Positions 13,913-27,250 of a DNA stretch of 64,000 nt are shown here, one piece after another; the first letter of the stretch is position 1, and every line of letters begins with the position of its first letter. Source of the DNA: Chrysomallon squamiferum (lineage: Eukaryota > Animalia > Mollusca); contig CM022671.1 of the NCBI GenBank assembly GCA_012295275.1, positions 9,176,001 through 9,240,000 of the forward strand, read 5' to 3'. The notes under the pieces were generated by a model. That model saw only the letters and a program-made list of their open reading frames with translations, was not told the origin of the DNA and did no database searches. The translations under genes were made by a program, and so were the position numbers.

Positions 13913-16134
13913 CTATCATAATAATCATTATTTTTTGACAAATTCAAGAAAATTAATGTCTAAGTTTACTAAATTAGATATTATTGAAAGAGAAAATAAA
14001 CAATGCATATTTCTAATTAATTTAAAAATAAAATAATATCCAATAAATAAATAAATAATTAAATAAATAAAACTCTGACCATAATGTTGGTCAGACAAAT
14101 GTCAAGTTCACAAAGGTTATCTGTAGCAAATTGTAATTTTGGATTAAAGAAATTAATGCTGGGGGAAATTAAATGAATGAAACAGAATTCACTAACCTTA
14201 TCTTTATATCCAATTTAAAATCAATCAAGTCTCATTGCCAAATTATGGTAAGAACCTACAAATTTCTCTTTCGTTTGGATGAAGTGAATAAAGATGATGG
14301 ATATGTTGGAATCTAAAACTGTCTGGAAACTAAATTTTGGAACAGTAAATTTTATTATTAGGAGAAAAAAGAGAAAAAATAAACTGATTTTACTGAAGGA
14401 TCCTGTTGTACAAAACTGAAATAAATAAAGACAACCCTCACCACCATCAAAAAAAAATAAAAAATAAAAAAAAATAAAGAAATAAAGAAATTAAATAAAA
14501 AAATTTAAAAAAAAAAATAAAAAATAAAAAATAAAAATAAAAATTAATAAAAAAAATAAAAATATTAAACCAAAATATTAAAAATTAAAACAAAAAGAAA
14601 AAAGAAAAAAACAACAGAAATGGAAATAACATAAAATAATAAAAATGATAGATGAAAAAGCAAAACAAAACAATATAAATACCATCATTGTCAAGAACTG
14701 AAATATTACATAATAAATATTTCATGTTTGTACATCTTGCCATTCATATACTTAACATTTTCAACACATTATGGCTGGTTTTGTACCATGGTGTTGTTAT
14801 TTCTTCACTTTTCTTCATTCATTTATTTATGATCATTTATCCAAACATTTATTCATTTCACAATAACAGTTATATACATTACACTAAATGCCATTAAATT
14901 TCATTACAGCTTTCACTTTCCTTCAGTCCATTCTATTTAGAAAACTGGAAGAATCCCTAAATCTTAGTTTAATACCAATAAAAAACATTAACTACAAAAG
15001 CTTATAGCAAAACAATTTTCTTTCACAATCCACTTGCACTTTGTCACAGACTAGTAGAAGATTTATACCTAACTGGAAAAAAACTGCATTAAGCTTCCAT
15101 CTCCCAGACTTCAAAGCACTATGACTTTACACTAATTTAATAACAGTAAATATCATCAACTGATACTAAGATGTAGAATTTGATATGAAAACAGTTATAT
15201 GAGAACAGAGTTATGGGATGAGAGAAATGCCAAGATTTTTGTTAAATTGTTATATATCTTTTATACGTCAAAGAAAGAAAAACAAGAAACATTAATTTGC
15301 TCTGTCTTAGATTTGGTGGTAGTTAAATTATCCTGAGTTGTTATTTCTATATAAAGCCCCATGTTATAAATGTAATACCGATGATAAATGAGAAGAATAA
15401 TGTTCTCTAAGCACATGCACTAGTTACACAAGTGCACAGAACATTTAAAAAAAAACCTTTCCTTCTTTAATTTGGCTTTACAGATCCATTAAATATCAGT
15501 AAAACATTTAACAAAAATGCACTTGTTGAATCGCAAATTTAACTTTTAATGTGGGATGAAGCTAATGAAGTGGAGTTTTCTCTGATAATGGTAAATGACA
15601 GGTGAATAGAATCTGGACTGTTATTTCCACAAAAAGGATTGTTATCTAACAAAACAGACAACATGATGAAAAACAAACATTTCACATTTGAAATAAACAA
15701 AAATGAATGTGATTGATCAAAAGGTTTATACACAATTCATGAAGGTATTTTGGGTATCCAATGCAATTGAACCGAATTTTGCATTTGCCATTATGTTTTC
15801 AAAATTTGTTTCATGAATTAAAAATGTTCACTGCATAGGTTAACTGGAGAAACTGCATTATATTCAGTTGTCAATTTTTGGTTATGATTCCATTTGTTAA
15901 CTATAGTGTTTTTTGAAACCATAACTAACATAAAAAAAAAAAAAAAATTATATTTGTGAAACAGAAATATGTCTAAGCTGAGTTATAATTCACAAAAATA
16001 TGGTAGATATCCCATTTGTAATTTGTCTGCCATTTCTGCCTCTTTCAGAAATGGGCGGGTACTCTCATCTGACAGGGAATAACTAACTAAGACAGAAATA
16101 TGACATCCAGTCATTTTACCGCACAATGAAAATG

Positions 16135-16180
16135 TGATGAACTGCTCTGGAGATTATGTTACATCTCAGTGTATCATGAC
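16135..16180 (+). repeat. 46-bp exact dispersed direct repeat, copy 1
   Basis: tgatgaactgctctggagattatgttacatctcagtgtatcatgac, identical to 18497-18542. Confidence 0.95.
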
Positions 16181-17039
16181 TTCTGAAGAGGAAATCAAAA
16201 TCACGAACATTTCTGCAGTCATTAAAGGTTTACAACAGATTAATCCTTAATCTCTTCTACTGCTCATTTGCAACAGCAAAGAGACAAACTGCATTAATTT
16301 CTATTTCCATACATCTAGTATTTCTAAAATATTAATAATAAACTTGCCTCCTCTTAACTGCATTTCTCTGAGTCTAATACTTCTGAAGTATTAATATTTC
16401 AAGTATCAAACTCAAAGATATATGAATAATTTTTTTCTACCATTAAAGAAAAAACCCTGATTGGCAGCTGCATCAGTTTACTGCATTATTTACACAAACA
16501 CAGTTTTCAAACAAGATGATGTAACTCAACAAAGTGAATTTAAAACTTGGCAGATGAAGCACCTCAGTTAAATAAGATTTAATTTTCACTTTTATGTAAC
16601 CTTTAGAACAGAGGAAGAACAGCAAAAACAAAATATAACTGATCTCAGGATTGTCTGCGATTTGTTTAGGAGAAGATTCATTACATCATTTGAAAAACCT
16701 AATAAAGATAGGCAAGGGATTCATAACAAAAATGGCTTTTGTCATTAAAGCAAAAGCTCCATGTGAAAAGTTCACTTCATTCTGGACTTGTTGATTTTGC
16801 TAAATGAATTATCCTGCTTGACATAGAAATATCCTGTCAGTGTTATCTTGTATATTTCAGCAATCTGATTTGAGATGAGGTCAAAATGGACGTTTCTAAA
16901 GACATTTTGGACTAAGTCATTTAAATATCAATTGCCATTCTGGGTCTGGAACTGATCATTCAAGTCAGAGGTCATGCCCTAAAAAGGTACACTTGAAGAC
17001 CTTGCTGCTGGAAGCTTATTCATAATCAGATACATTGAA

Positions 17040-17170
17040 CCATATATGTATTAGATGTCAGTCAAATATGACCTGATAGGACAGAAAACATCAGATGTCA
17101 GTCCTAACGAAATGAAATATGATGAATATAACTCCAATATGATATAGTTAAGATGTTAGATGTATGGCTG
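17040..17170. repeat. Short degenerate tandem repeat (agatgtcagtc core, about 40 bp spacing)
   Basis: ttagatgtcagtc, tcagatgtcagtc and ttagatgtatgg recur. Confidence 0.5.
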
Positions 17171-17318
17171 CAATAAAATAAAGAGATGAAATTTTCTTAA
17201 TAATGAGACAGAACTAAAGATGAAGAAAATAAGGATGAAACTGTAATTATATTTTTGTAAATTCGCAACATATCAGGTCAAGGTAATAGCAAAATAAATA
17301 TTTAATGTAAAACATACA

Positions 17319-17352
<34 letters not shown>

Positions 17353-18496
17353 CATGCATACATACACTAACATATTCAGTATATTTCAAAAAATATTTGA
17401 TAAATAATTAAATATTTTAAAATAACAACAAAAGATTAAAAGAAGACACAGAAATAAAAAAAGAACAGCAAACAGAGCTAATAAATGTCATGATAACTAT
17501 GCACGGGCAGTTTACCTTAATTGACCAGTTTTATGTTTGAGGTTTTAAACTTAAATTAATCTTTAAATAATGATCTGTTATTCAGTGAACACACTAATTT
17601 ATCTTACAAACTCCAGTATTTCTCAGTGTTTATAAAGCTAACTCACTGGCCTGTGTTATTAAAGTAAGTGGCATGCACTCTACACATTCACACTGTAAAT
17701 ACACTTCCATTACCAGACCCAGAAATCTAATTTAAAAAACTTTGTCCAGTTCAGTGATTAAGTGAAGTCATAAACTTTTTCTTGAAAATTGCAAGCAAAG
17801 ACAATATAAGAGAATGGAAAAAAAATGTTAAGGACCAATAAAAAAAAAATAAAAAAAAAAAAAAAAAAAAAAAAGAACTAAAAAATAAAAAACATAAAAA
17901 AATAAAAAGATCCCCAAACCCCTAAAAAATCCCGCCAAATCAGCAGCAAAAAAACACAACAACAAACAAATAAGCCAAATACCCCCCAAAAAAACAGCAA
18001 AACCCCCAACAAGGATAGATTATGGAATATATTTATTTAATTCCTTAATTATCATAATTTATTCATTCATTCATTCTTCTTCTTCTTCTTATTATTATTA
18101 TTGACAACAGTTCATTTCCCAAGAAGAAACTGTTGACAACAAATTTTCTCAGTCATATGATTCTGATGTAACATGTTTACTGTTAGTTGTGTATGTTGAT
18201 AAAATACTGAGACATTTATTTAAATGTCTGCTTTTTGAATTATAATTATCAAAATGGCTCACTGAGCAAACGAGGCTTGGTATTATCACAATTATTATTT
18301 ATTATCTATTGGAGAAGTCAACATACTAAAGTTAAATATCTCAACATATTGATTTTTTATAATTTATATAAGACTGTATGTTTTTATATGACAGTATTTA
18401 ATGAATACATACAAACATCAAGATAACTATCTCAGTATGTTATAAATAAGTTGATTTTATTTTATTTATTTATTATTTTTTTATCTCATTTTTATA

Positions 18497-18542
18497 TGAT
18501 GAACTGCTCTGGAGATTATGTTACATCTCAGTGTATCATGAC
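18497..18542 (+). repeat. 46-bp exact dispersed direct repeat, copy 2
   Basis: Identical to 16135-16180, 2362 bp away. The flanks are unrelated. Confidence 0.95.
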
Positions 18543-18699
18543 AGCCTTTCAGTTCAGTCATGCGACACACACACACACACACATTCACCCATTATACGTG
18601 TACATTAATCTCATCTGTGAATTTAACCAGCAAAATTCAATTTAATGTCAATTTAATGACTGTAACAAACATTCCTGGGCACTTAATTAACAAATGAAA

Positions 18700-19020
18700 C
18701 AAACAAATTCAATTTCAGAGAAGCGAGTCTGACCAGCAGACTTTTCACTGAACAAGTCTTACTGTTTGCTCTCCTGTCTCTGTGGGAAATTGCATGTTCT
18801 GTGAATAACATGATTACTAGATGCTGTCTCTTCATTTCAAGGCACAGGCAGTTTGAAAGAAAGCATCTTGGGCCTGTACCCCAAGGCTTGTGTGAATCAC
18901 AGAAAACACTTGCCACTAGTCCCTATTTGTCTTTGCTGATTTGACTTTTTCCTCCAGACATTTGTTCTCATTAGCCCATAAAGAGCAGCAAATGTTGAGT
19001 TTTTCTCATGAAGATGTCAA
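18700..19020 (-). mobile_element. Possible decayed mariner-type transposase fragment
   Basis: ...SKDK*GLVASVFCDSHK resembles the mariner motif SAGKVMASVFWDSxG. Stops and frameshifts present. Confidence 0.35.
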
Positions 19021-19424
19021 GCATGGCTATGGGGCATACCCCAAAAATGCAATTTTTGCATGTAAAAATAAAATTTGATGAATAAGTTTTAAAAAAGAAC
19101 TATTTGGTAAACTTAATTGGCTTATTATTTTTGTTTGTATGAGAGTATTTCAGTATTTGTTTGTTTTTTAATACAGAAATAGACACTAATTTATTTTGTA
19201 TTCATTCATGGGGTAGACAAAAATCAGAAATGTGGTGGTTAAAGTACAGTAATTTGCATAAAATATACCATCAACTGTATCATACAGGTGATTACAGAAT
19301 GAAGAAAATAAAGAAACTAAAAATAATTTTATAAAGATGGCTATAATAAAATATTTAAAAAATATATACAAATAAATAAAAATATGGAAGAAAAGATGAT
19401 AATAATAATAATAAATAAATAAGT

Positions 19425-19426
<2 letters not shown>

Positions 19427-19473
<47 letters not shown>

Positions 19474-19475
19474 AC
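19427..19475. repeat. (CA)n microsatellite
   Basis: Direct reading. Confidence 0.95.
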
Positions 19476-20779
19476 TCCTGTATTTATTCAAAAACAAATA
19501 TCCCACTCCACAATTACCTCCAAAATGACAGCAAAACCTCCCCTGTAATATATATAAATATATATATCTATATATTTATATATTTATGGTGTAAACTCAC
19601 TATATCTCCTTAATTCTGAATGTCAAGGTCAGAAAGCATCAAAATTTATTCATGATGTTTTCAGATATGTACATATCTAAATCTGTCAAGATGGAGAGAT
19701 ACTGAGAGTTCCCTGTTAGAAACAGATAAGTTTTACTTTATGTAATTTTTAACCACCCATTGAAAACTGATTATGGCTTGTTTGATGAAAAAACACTGAA
19801 AACAATAATTCTTTGTTAATTTTATCACAAAGAAAAACAAGTAAAAGAAGAAAATGTATGTTGTCAGAGTAATAAACCTCTCTACGTGAGTTCAGATACA
19901 TTTTCTAAGGAGAATTTTGTTGACTATGGAGAACAGTTACAACACTGTTAGGAACAGTCAGTGGGGAAAAAAAAACCCAGTTAAGTAAAGAAAAAAGATT
20001 AAGACAATTTAAAATAAAACACCAAAAAACTGGAGACACTCTTTCTTATTTTATATTTTGACTCGATAACATTTTATCTAATAGATTAAATAAACCCAGT
20101 AGAGAAAGATTTTTTTTATTTTTTTTTTATCTTTTCTTCATTTTTTTATTTTTTTTTGGAAGAATAACTGAATCATTACAAACCTTTAAAAATACTTTTT
20201 ATTCTTTTCGTTTTTGGTTTCTTATATTTTTGTTTTTCTAAGCATCACAGAGATAAAATAGACTTTTTCCTGGTGGGATGTTTTAATAGATAAAACACCA
20301 TCTCATAAATATAAATAATTATATAAACACTACTTTGTCAGAGGTTCAACAATGTGTCAGATCAAAGTGGAACAGTTTGTGGTGTATTTTGAGAAATTTC
20401 ATCACTGATTTTAAACTACATAAACATACAAACTAATTTTTTTGTTTACTGATAATTATTGCTTTAGATTGGGAGGGTGCTTCTGTATTTCTTATATTTT
20501 AAAATGAACAAAAAAAAAAAAAACCATAGGCACTGAATCCAAACATCAAGTAATGATTAAAATAATTTTAAAATTTTACTTGAAGATGAAGACTGTGCAA
20601 TAATTAATCATTTTTAAAATAGTTATAAAACTTTTCTTAAGTTAAAAACAAATATAATAACAAATAAAATTAAATATATAATATAAAAACTGGATACACT
20701 CATAAACCCTCCTTTAAATTTTCCACTGACAACAATAAATCCAGATGTAACTTGACGAGTAATTTGGAAGACATAATTA

Positions 20780-21120
20780 ATGTCTACCAAATCCACAATA
20801 GAGATGTCAAGTAGAAATCACTCTTCATTAAAATGTATCTGTCAAATGTTTAATCTAGATGAGATGGTCATTGAGCCAGGCTGGACCAACAGTGATAACA
20901 TATCCACACCGCTGAATCCAGTTTACAATAGATCGCATGTAAACTTGTCCTCGAGAGATTGTTCACACCATCAACTTGCAGAGTGTCATTTCCTGAACAT
21001 TTGTACAAGACCTTCAGTGACCATTCTTTTGCAAAGAAGCCAAGGTCACAAGCTCCATGGACTGGACATTGGTGACAAATGGACAGATGTAATTACTGTC
21101 CAGTCAAGCAGATAATCTGG
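20780..21120 (-). mobile_element. Decayed RTE/BovB-like LINE fragment
   Basis: Frameshifted pieces VHGACD/PWLL, SLEDKFT and AWLNDHLI occur in the order of RTE LYGCETWTL...ISWxDKxTN...RWxGHV. Confidence 0.35.
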
Positions 21121-22759
21121 CAATAAGGATGTTGACAGGCAATTCTGGTCAGTGTTTGATGACCATGTAAGTTGTGGATTTGTTTTCTGTGACAAACGAC
21201 CATGAGAAGACAGTCATCTCATGTACAGGAGTTATCGCAGGACTTCCTGGCTTGGCTAAAGCAGTTTTTAATTATCAGTGCTTATAACCCTGATAACTGC
21301 TCAAATCTGGATGGATATGTTGCAGATATTTCTAAAGTAAACAGGTCTGACATATTTACAGGAGAGTGATGGTCAGATATATAATAAATGTTTTTATGTT
21401 TAACTGCAGGATTTATAGAAATTATATTAACAGATATCAGTGTTAATCTCTTATTTAATTTAATCTAAGATTTACTCTTTTTTTTATGTTTCTGCAGTTT
21501 GTCTGAACTTTTTTCTTGCTTAAGTTACTTGAGATTTGTCTTTTTATCATTTGTTATCTGAAAATAGTTTTTAAAAATTTAAATGGAAAACTAATTTGAA
21601 AAGCAAACAGAATGGGAAAATATTTATTTTTATCATCTTTAGATAAACATAAAAATCTACAAAAAAGTACGCAGACAGACAAATCAGTAAGTGTTTTACT
21701 AGATTATCATGAAAACTATAGCAGCAATGGAAAAAAATTAAATGCTTAACATACGTCATATCCAAAAATCAAATTAGACTATACACTTTTGTCAATACTG
21801 ACTTTAATAAGGCTTTGATGCCAAATTAAGGGGGTTAAAAGTAATAATAACAATAATTTAAAAAAAAAATGAAAATAATAATAATACATCAGTATATTAT
21901 GAACAGCTAACATAAGCTTTATTATTTTTACTATTATATATTTACATATATAGACCTTCTTCTTAAAGATATCAAAACTTTGACTCATGTTCATCATGGA
22001 AAAGACTACCTTCCTCTTATGACAAAAACAAACTGGACTGCACTTTAGTACATAAATCACAATCTATCTTGAGAAGAGTAATAGGAACAGTAGACATATT
22101 AACACTGTCTTGAATGAAACAGTGTCTTAAAAAAAGAACTGTTGGAAAGGAAAAAGTTTGTGTTCATTTGACATGTCTTATCTCAAAGGGAAACCAGACT
22201 TCTGTCATAAATGGACAAAATGACCAACAACAAAACAAACAACAACATTATATTAAAAAAAACAAAAAAAAAAACAATTAACAGTTTTCTAACAATTCAA
22301 AACTAGATTTTTTTAACTAGTCACATCAACAGTGTCTCTTGCAAGGCTATTTGGATGAATTACAAGAGACAGGAGTTCAGAACGTAAACAGACAAATAAC
22401 CCTAGATAATAACAGTGCCAATTTCCTTTACAGTCTTCTGCCTGCTTCAAATAATCTCACTGTTGTGAGACTTTGAAGTCAGCAAGGACAAACACACACA
22501 ATGTCCATCCGAAAATATCACAACATTTCACTTTTCACTAACATACAGCGTGTCATAATGAATGATGAAAATCAATGTTGTATCTGCTTAACTTCACTCC
22601 AGACAAAAATGACCTATTTTAAAGATAATCAGGAATCCATTAGTTAAACAGAAAAAGAGTTGGCCATCTTCGTCAGCTGCTGGTTGATGATAATATAATA
22701 TTAAATATATTTGAGATTTTGTTTAAATTAAGTAAAAGCTTGGTTGGATTTGTGGAAAC

Positions 22760-23655
22760 AGTTAAATTTTAGTTGAATTTGTAGAAATAGCAAAATTTTA
22801 TTTGTCTTTGTATTCTGAAGACAGATAATCATTTTACAAGTGCCTGAAAACAGGATAGTTAAATCCTGTTACAAACTGACTGAAAATTATAAACTTAATT
22901 AAATTGCTTTAGAATTCTTTGGAGACTGGGAAATTAAGTAAATCCTGTTATATGTAGTCCAAAAATTATGAAGTTATTTGTATCATTTCAAAAATGTCTG
23001 ACCACTGTGAAGTTACTTAAATTAAGCAGTAAAAAGTTAGAATTCAAGAGTAAGTTGAATCCTGTTACAAAACTTTCTGAGATTTGTAGAATTTGTTAAA
23101 CTGAGTAATGTATTTGGAATCTGAATAGTTCAGTCTTCATGCTTTATCAGAATTAGATAAATTGTGTTACAAGATTATCCAATTAGTTGAATTGTATTTT
23201 TCATATCTAAGATATGAGTTGGTGAAATTCTCTTACATATGTCTCAAAAATGAATAATTGTTCAATTATGTTACAAGTATCTGTGATTTGTGGAGTTAAT
23301 TAAATTCTATTGCAAGTATCTCAGAATTATGGAGTTAATTAAATCCTGCTACAAGTATCTTAGAATTATGGACTTAATTAAATTCTGTTACAAGCATCTG
23401 AGAATTATGGAGTTAATTAAATTCTGTTAAAAGAATATGAGAATTGTTAAGTTAATTAATTCTGTTTTGTACATCTGAGAATTGTGGAGTTAATTAAATC
23501 CTGTTACACATATTTGAGAATTATGGAGTTACTTAAATCCTGGTATGTATATCTGAGAATTATGGAGTAATTAAATCCTGTTACACTATCTGTGATCTGT
23601 TTACTTTGCTGAATCCTTTTACAAGTTAGAACTGAAGAATTAATTAAATCTTGAC
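22760..23655. repeat. 39-bp minisatellite (ctgttacaagtatctgagaattatggagttaattaaatc), best conserved at 23260-23590
   Basis: ggagttaatt-type anchors at 23331, 23370 and 23409 give a period of 39. Copies decay leftwards. Confidence 0.9.
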
Positions 23656-24559
23656 TGTTAGCTAGGAAATTAGTTTTATTTTTATAAATAGGTAATATGA
23701 AAGAACAGGCTGAGTTATTTAAAATTTTACAAAAAGATAAAACAATTAAATAAATATATATTTATATATATATATATATATATATAGACATACAGACACA
23801 TAATTTTAAATAAAATTAGTGTTTTTGCCTGAAATGCATCAGACAGTGTAATTTCAAAATTGTTTAATTCAAGTAATTTTCAAAAATGATTGTCTTGAAA
23901 GCTTTTAGGTTTCCTTGGCATGACAGTAATATTTCCATTACTCTGGAAATAATTATGTAACATGCACTCAATAATAAGTACACAGCAAGTTTTAAACATA
24001 AACAGAAAGCTTTCTAAAAATGTCAGTATGTCTTTATTATCCTTTATTTTTTTATAATTGCCATTTATTCTCTCTCTGTCACATTATACGCAAATGTTTG
24101 TGGTTTTTTGTTTTGTTTTTATTTCTTTTTAATTTTATACATTATCTGTTTATCTATCCACAAACACACATATGTATATTAAGAATTGTTTTTAGCCTTA
24201 TTTCCATATGTCACTGAATAAATGAATGAATATTTAAGTAACACTATTCTTACACATTTTAGTATTTATTGTTATTATACATCACTGATATCATTAACAT
24301 ATGATAAAAAGGCAGAAATTTGCTACTTTCTCTTATCATTAAGATAGAACAATGATATGAAGAAGACAATTTGTGTATTACCAAGGCTTACGTTAATCAT
24401 TTTTAAGTAATGAATGTTTTATGAAGAAAGTACACAGCAGTTACTGATAAACTGACTTACACAGCAGTAGCTGGATCACAGAGTGTGTGACAGTTCACAC
24501 TTCATGAGTTCAGAATAAATAGCAGGGATTATCAAGAAGATGACCATTTTAACATAATC

Positions 24560-24735
24560 ATTCATTATTGTTGTTGTTACTGTTGTTATTGTTATTGTTA
24601 TTATTATTATCATTGTTTTACAGTTATTATTATTAATTTTTAATATTTAATTGTTACAATCACTATCATTATTACTGTTGTCATTATTATTACTACTGTT
24701 TAATTATCATTACCATAATTATATTTATTATCATA

Positions 24736-24783
<48 letters not shown>

Positions 24784-24812
24784 GTCTTCATCATAATAAC
24801 TGTTGTTGTTAC
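24560..24812. repeat. (TAT)n/(TGT)n low-complexity tract
   Basis: Direct reading. Confidence 0.9.
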
Positions 24813-24989
24813 TATTCTTTACCTTTTGGCCTTATGTAACCCTAACATTAAAGTAGTCAGATGATAATGACCAAGGGTACTAAACTGAAATCAAATCAAA
24901 TCTGCCCGAGACAGACTTATCATATGGATTGGGCATGTCCCTTTTATGACATCACTGCAATTTCAGTGGTAATTACACAAGGGCAGAGC

Positions 24990-25210
24990 ATGAGAACAAT
25001 GAAGGAATGACTTGCTGAGCAATGTCAAGATGCAATTACAGTGGAAACTGAGATTACCAGTGTCTGAGGAAACCATATTACCAGTCACAATAATAAGGAA
25101 ATCTCCCTTCACTTTCCACCTTGGATTCTCTGGCTGTTGTTTTGATGAACAGTGAAAGAAAATTGCCAGACTTTGTCTCTGCTGTTTAATCATGCTTGTA
25201 AAACTGATAG
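24990..25210 (-). mobile_element. Possible decayed RTE-like LINE 3' ORF end
   Basis: SMIKQQRQSL... followed by RIQG/KVESEGRFP...W resembles RTE IKxRxLxxFGH...QGxVEGxRxRGRP...W. Confidence 0.3.
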
Positions 25211-26332
25211 AATGAGGATTTTTATAATCTTCGTTTTTTCTTTTAAACATGCAAGAGCACTTTTATCAAGAGTCACAAACTCGTATATCAAACACACTTC
25301 CTGTACAGGAGAAATAATTTTAAAAATGCAACGATAATCTATTGGTAACAGGTATAAAATATAATGTTAACATATTGTAACTGAAAAGAAAACAACAGAT
25401 TTTATAACACTAACAATCGATTAATGTAATCACAACTTTAAAAAAGAACCTATTATATGTACGCAATTTACGAATCATAGCATTTTATATGAACATTAAT
25501 AGTACTAATAGATATTTGAAAAAAAGTAAAAATGAAAATCACCACATTCATTTTTTAAAATCACACAACTAAGCCATTACTGACTTTTTTATCTTTTTTT
25601 TGTATTAAATATCAAAAACTTATTAAGAAATATATTGGAAATACTCAGAGACAGGTCAGTGCCTTTATGACTGATGAATTAATTGTGAAACATGAGACTT
25701 CTAATTAAATTGGTGTCATCTTTTCAAGACATGCTGTTACTAACTCACTCATCAAGTGGGAGAAAAGTCTTGTATAAAGGTTATATCATGTGGTTGTTAA
25801 GCAACGAACACTGAATGTTTGGCCTTAAAAAGTAAAAAAAAAATACTGCCTAACATCCAAGTGAATGAACTTCAGAATAATGATTTGACCAGCTTTGATA
25901 AATATGTTAGAAAAACAAAACATAATTATTGTTTGCTTGTCTGGTTAATTGTGTTTGTTATTATCATTTTTTTTTTTTTTTTTGGGGGGATGAATTGAAA
26001 GAAAGTTATTTAAGTTAATGAGTGTCTTTTTAAAAAAAAAAAAGTTATGTTATAAAAATAAGAATATAAAATATACTTAATTTAATAACTACACCACAAA
26101 TAAAAATACTTATAATCTTTTATAGTTTCAAATTAAAAATATTTATTTATTTATTTATTTAAACAGTGTTTCCTCCACTCCACCTCACTGTAATCAAAAA
26201 CAAATAATTAAAGTATTGTGCTGGAATGTTATGTCAAATTTTGTAACAACAGAGACTTGATCTTAATTATTATATTTAAAGGACAGACAATTGCAATATC
26301 TATTTATCTGTCTATATATGTGTTTGAAGTGA

Positions 26333-26367
<35 letters not shown>

Positions 26368-26839
26368 GCTTTTATTTTTTAAAAATGTTTCACTAACATC
26401 TTGCAATTTAGAATTCTAAAAAATGCCACAAAAAACAAGTACTTGTATAAATGAAATAACACATGTATGCATGTACATGAATAAACACATATACACCAAA
26501 ACATGAACTGAAAAATAATACATAATACTACTTCTTTACATTACTTATTATTTTTCTCTAAGGAAAATAAAAAAAAAAAGAAAAAAGAAATGAACGGAAA
26601 AACAATTATGGTCAATTATTCAAACTCCTGAAAAGAAAGACAGGAACTTTTTTGCAAGACTGAACACATTCTGTTACTAAAATGGTAATTCCAGTGCATC
26701 AGACTTGTTAATATTCAACAACAGTGTGATAAATTGTCTCAAGTTCAATTCTGTTACATGCAGACAATGGCCTTCAGCCAAATGCACTAATTACAGGGTT
26801 TATCCATGAGGCACAATACACAGAACTGGACATCCTATC

Positions 26840-27250
26840 CATTTAGCACATTGTAGTCTAAACTGCATTAAGCAATCATGACTAGAACAACTGTACATCT
26901 TAATGAAGATTCAGTACATTCAGCATGCTATAGTCTAACCTGAATTAAGCAACCTACCTCTTTAAACAACCAAACATATTAAACAGCACACTAGAGTTGA
27001 ACCTGCTACAAGCAACCATCTTCTTAATACAACCAAATATCTTAAATACACTGTCCTTTCAGCAATTTAACCTGCATTAAGCAATCACCCCATTGAAACA
27101 AACCTAAAATACTGATAAACAGCACACTAGTATAACCTTCAATAAGCAACCACTTCTTTAAAACAAACAAATTTCTTAATAAATAGCATATTAGTCTAAC
27201 CTGAAATAAGTAATGACCTCTTTAAAACAAGCAAAAATATCTTAACTACC
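26840..27250. repeat. Degenerate tandem repeat, about 60-75 bp unit, about 6 copies
   Basis: Recurring agcaca..tagtctaacctg.attaagcaac...tttaaa.caa.caaa motif. Confidence 0.8.

Noticed and set aside
16134-16186. C/D box snoRNA
   Set aside because: It lies on the strand opposite the host transcript, is short (53 nt), has no terminal stem or recognisable rRNA guide, and the second copy lacks box D. Kept only as an alternative in the duplication finding.
16700-16920. LINE endonuclease fragment (FDLIS...ITLTGY..KQD) between the 46-bp repeats, with the repeats as its target-site duplication
   Set aside because: The similarity is too weak to call. A heavily decayed element is also inconsistent with 100% identical flanking repeats.
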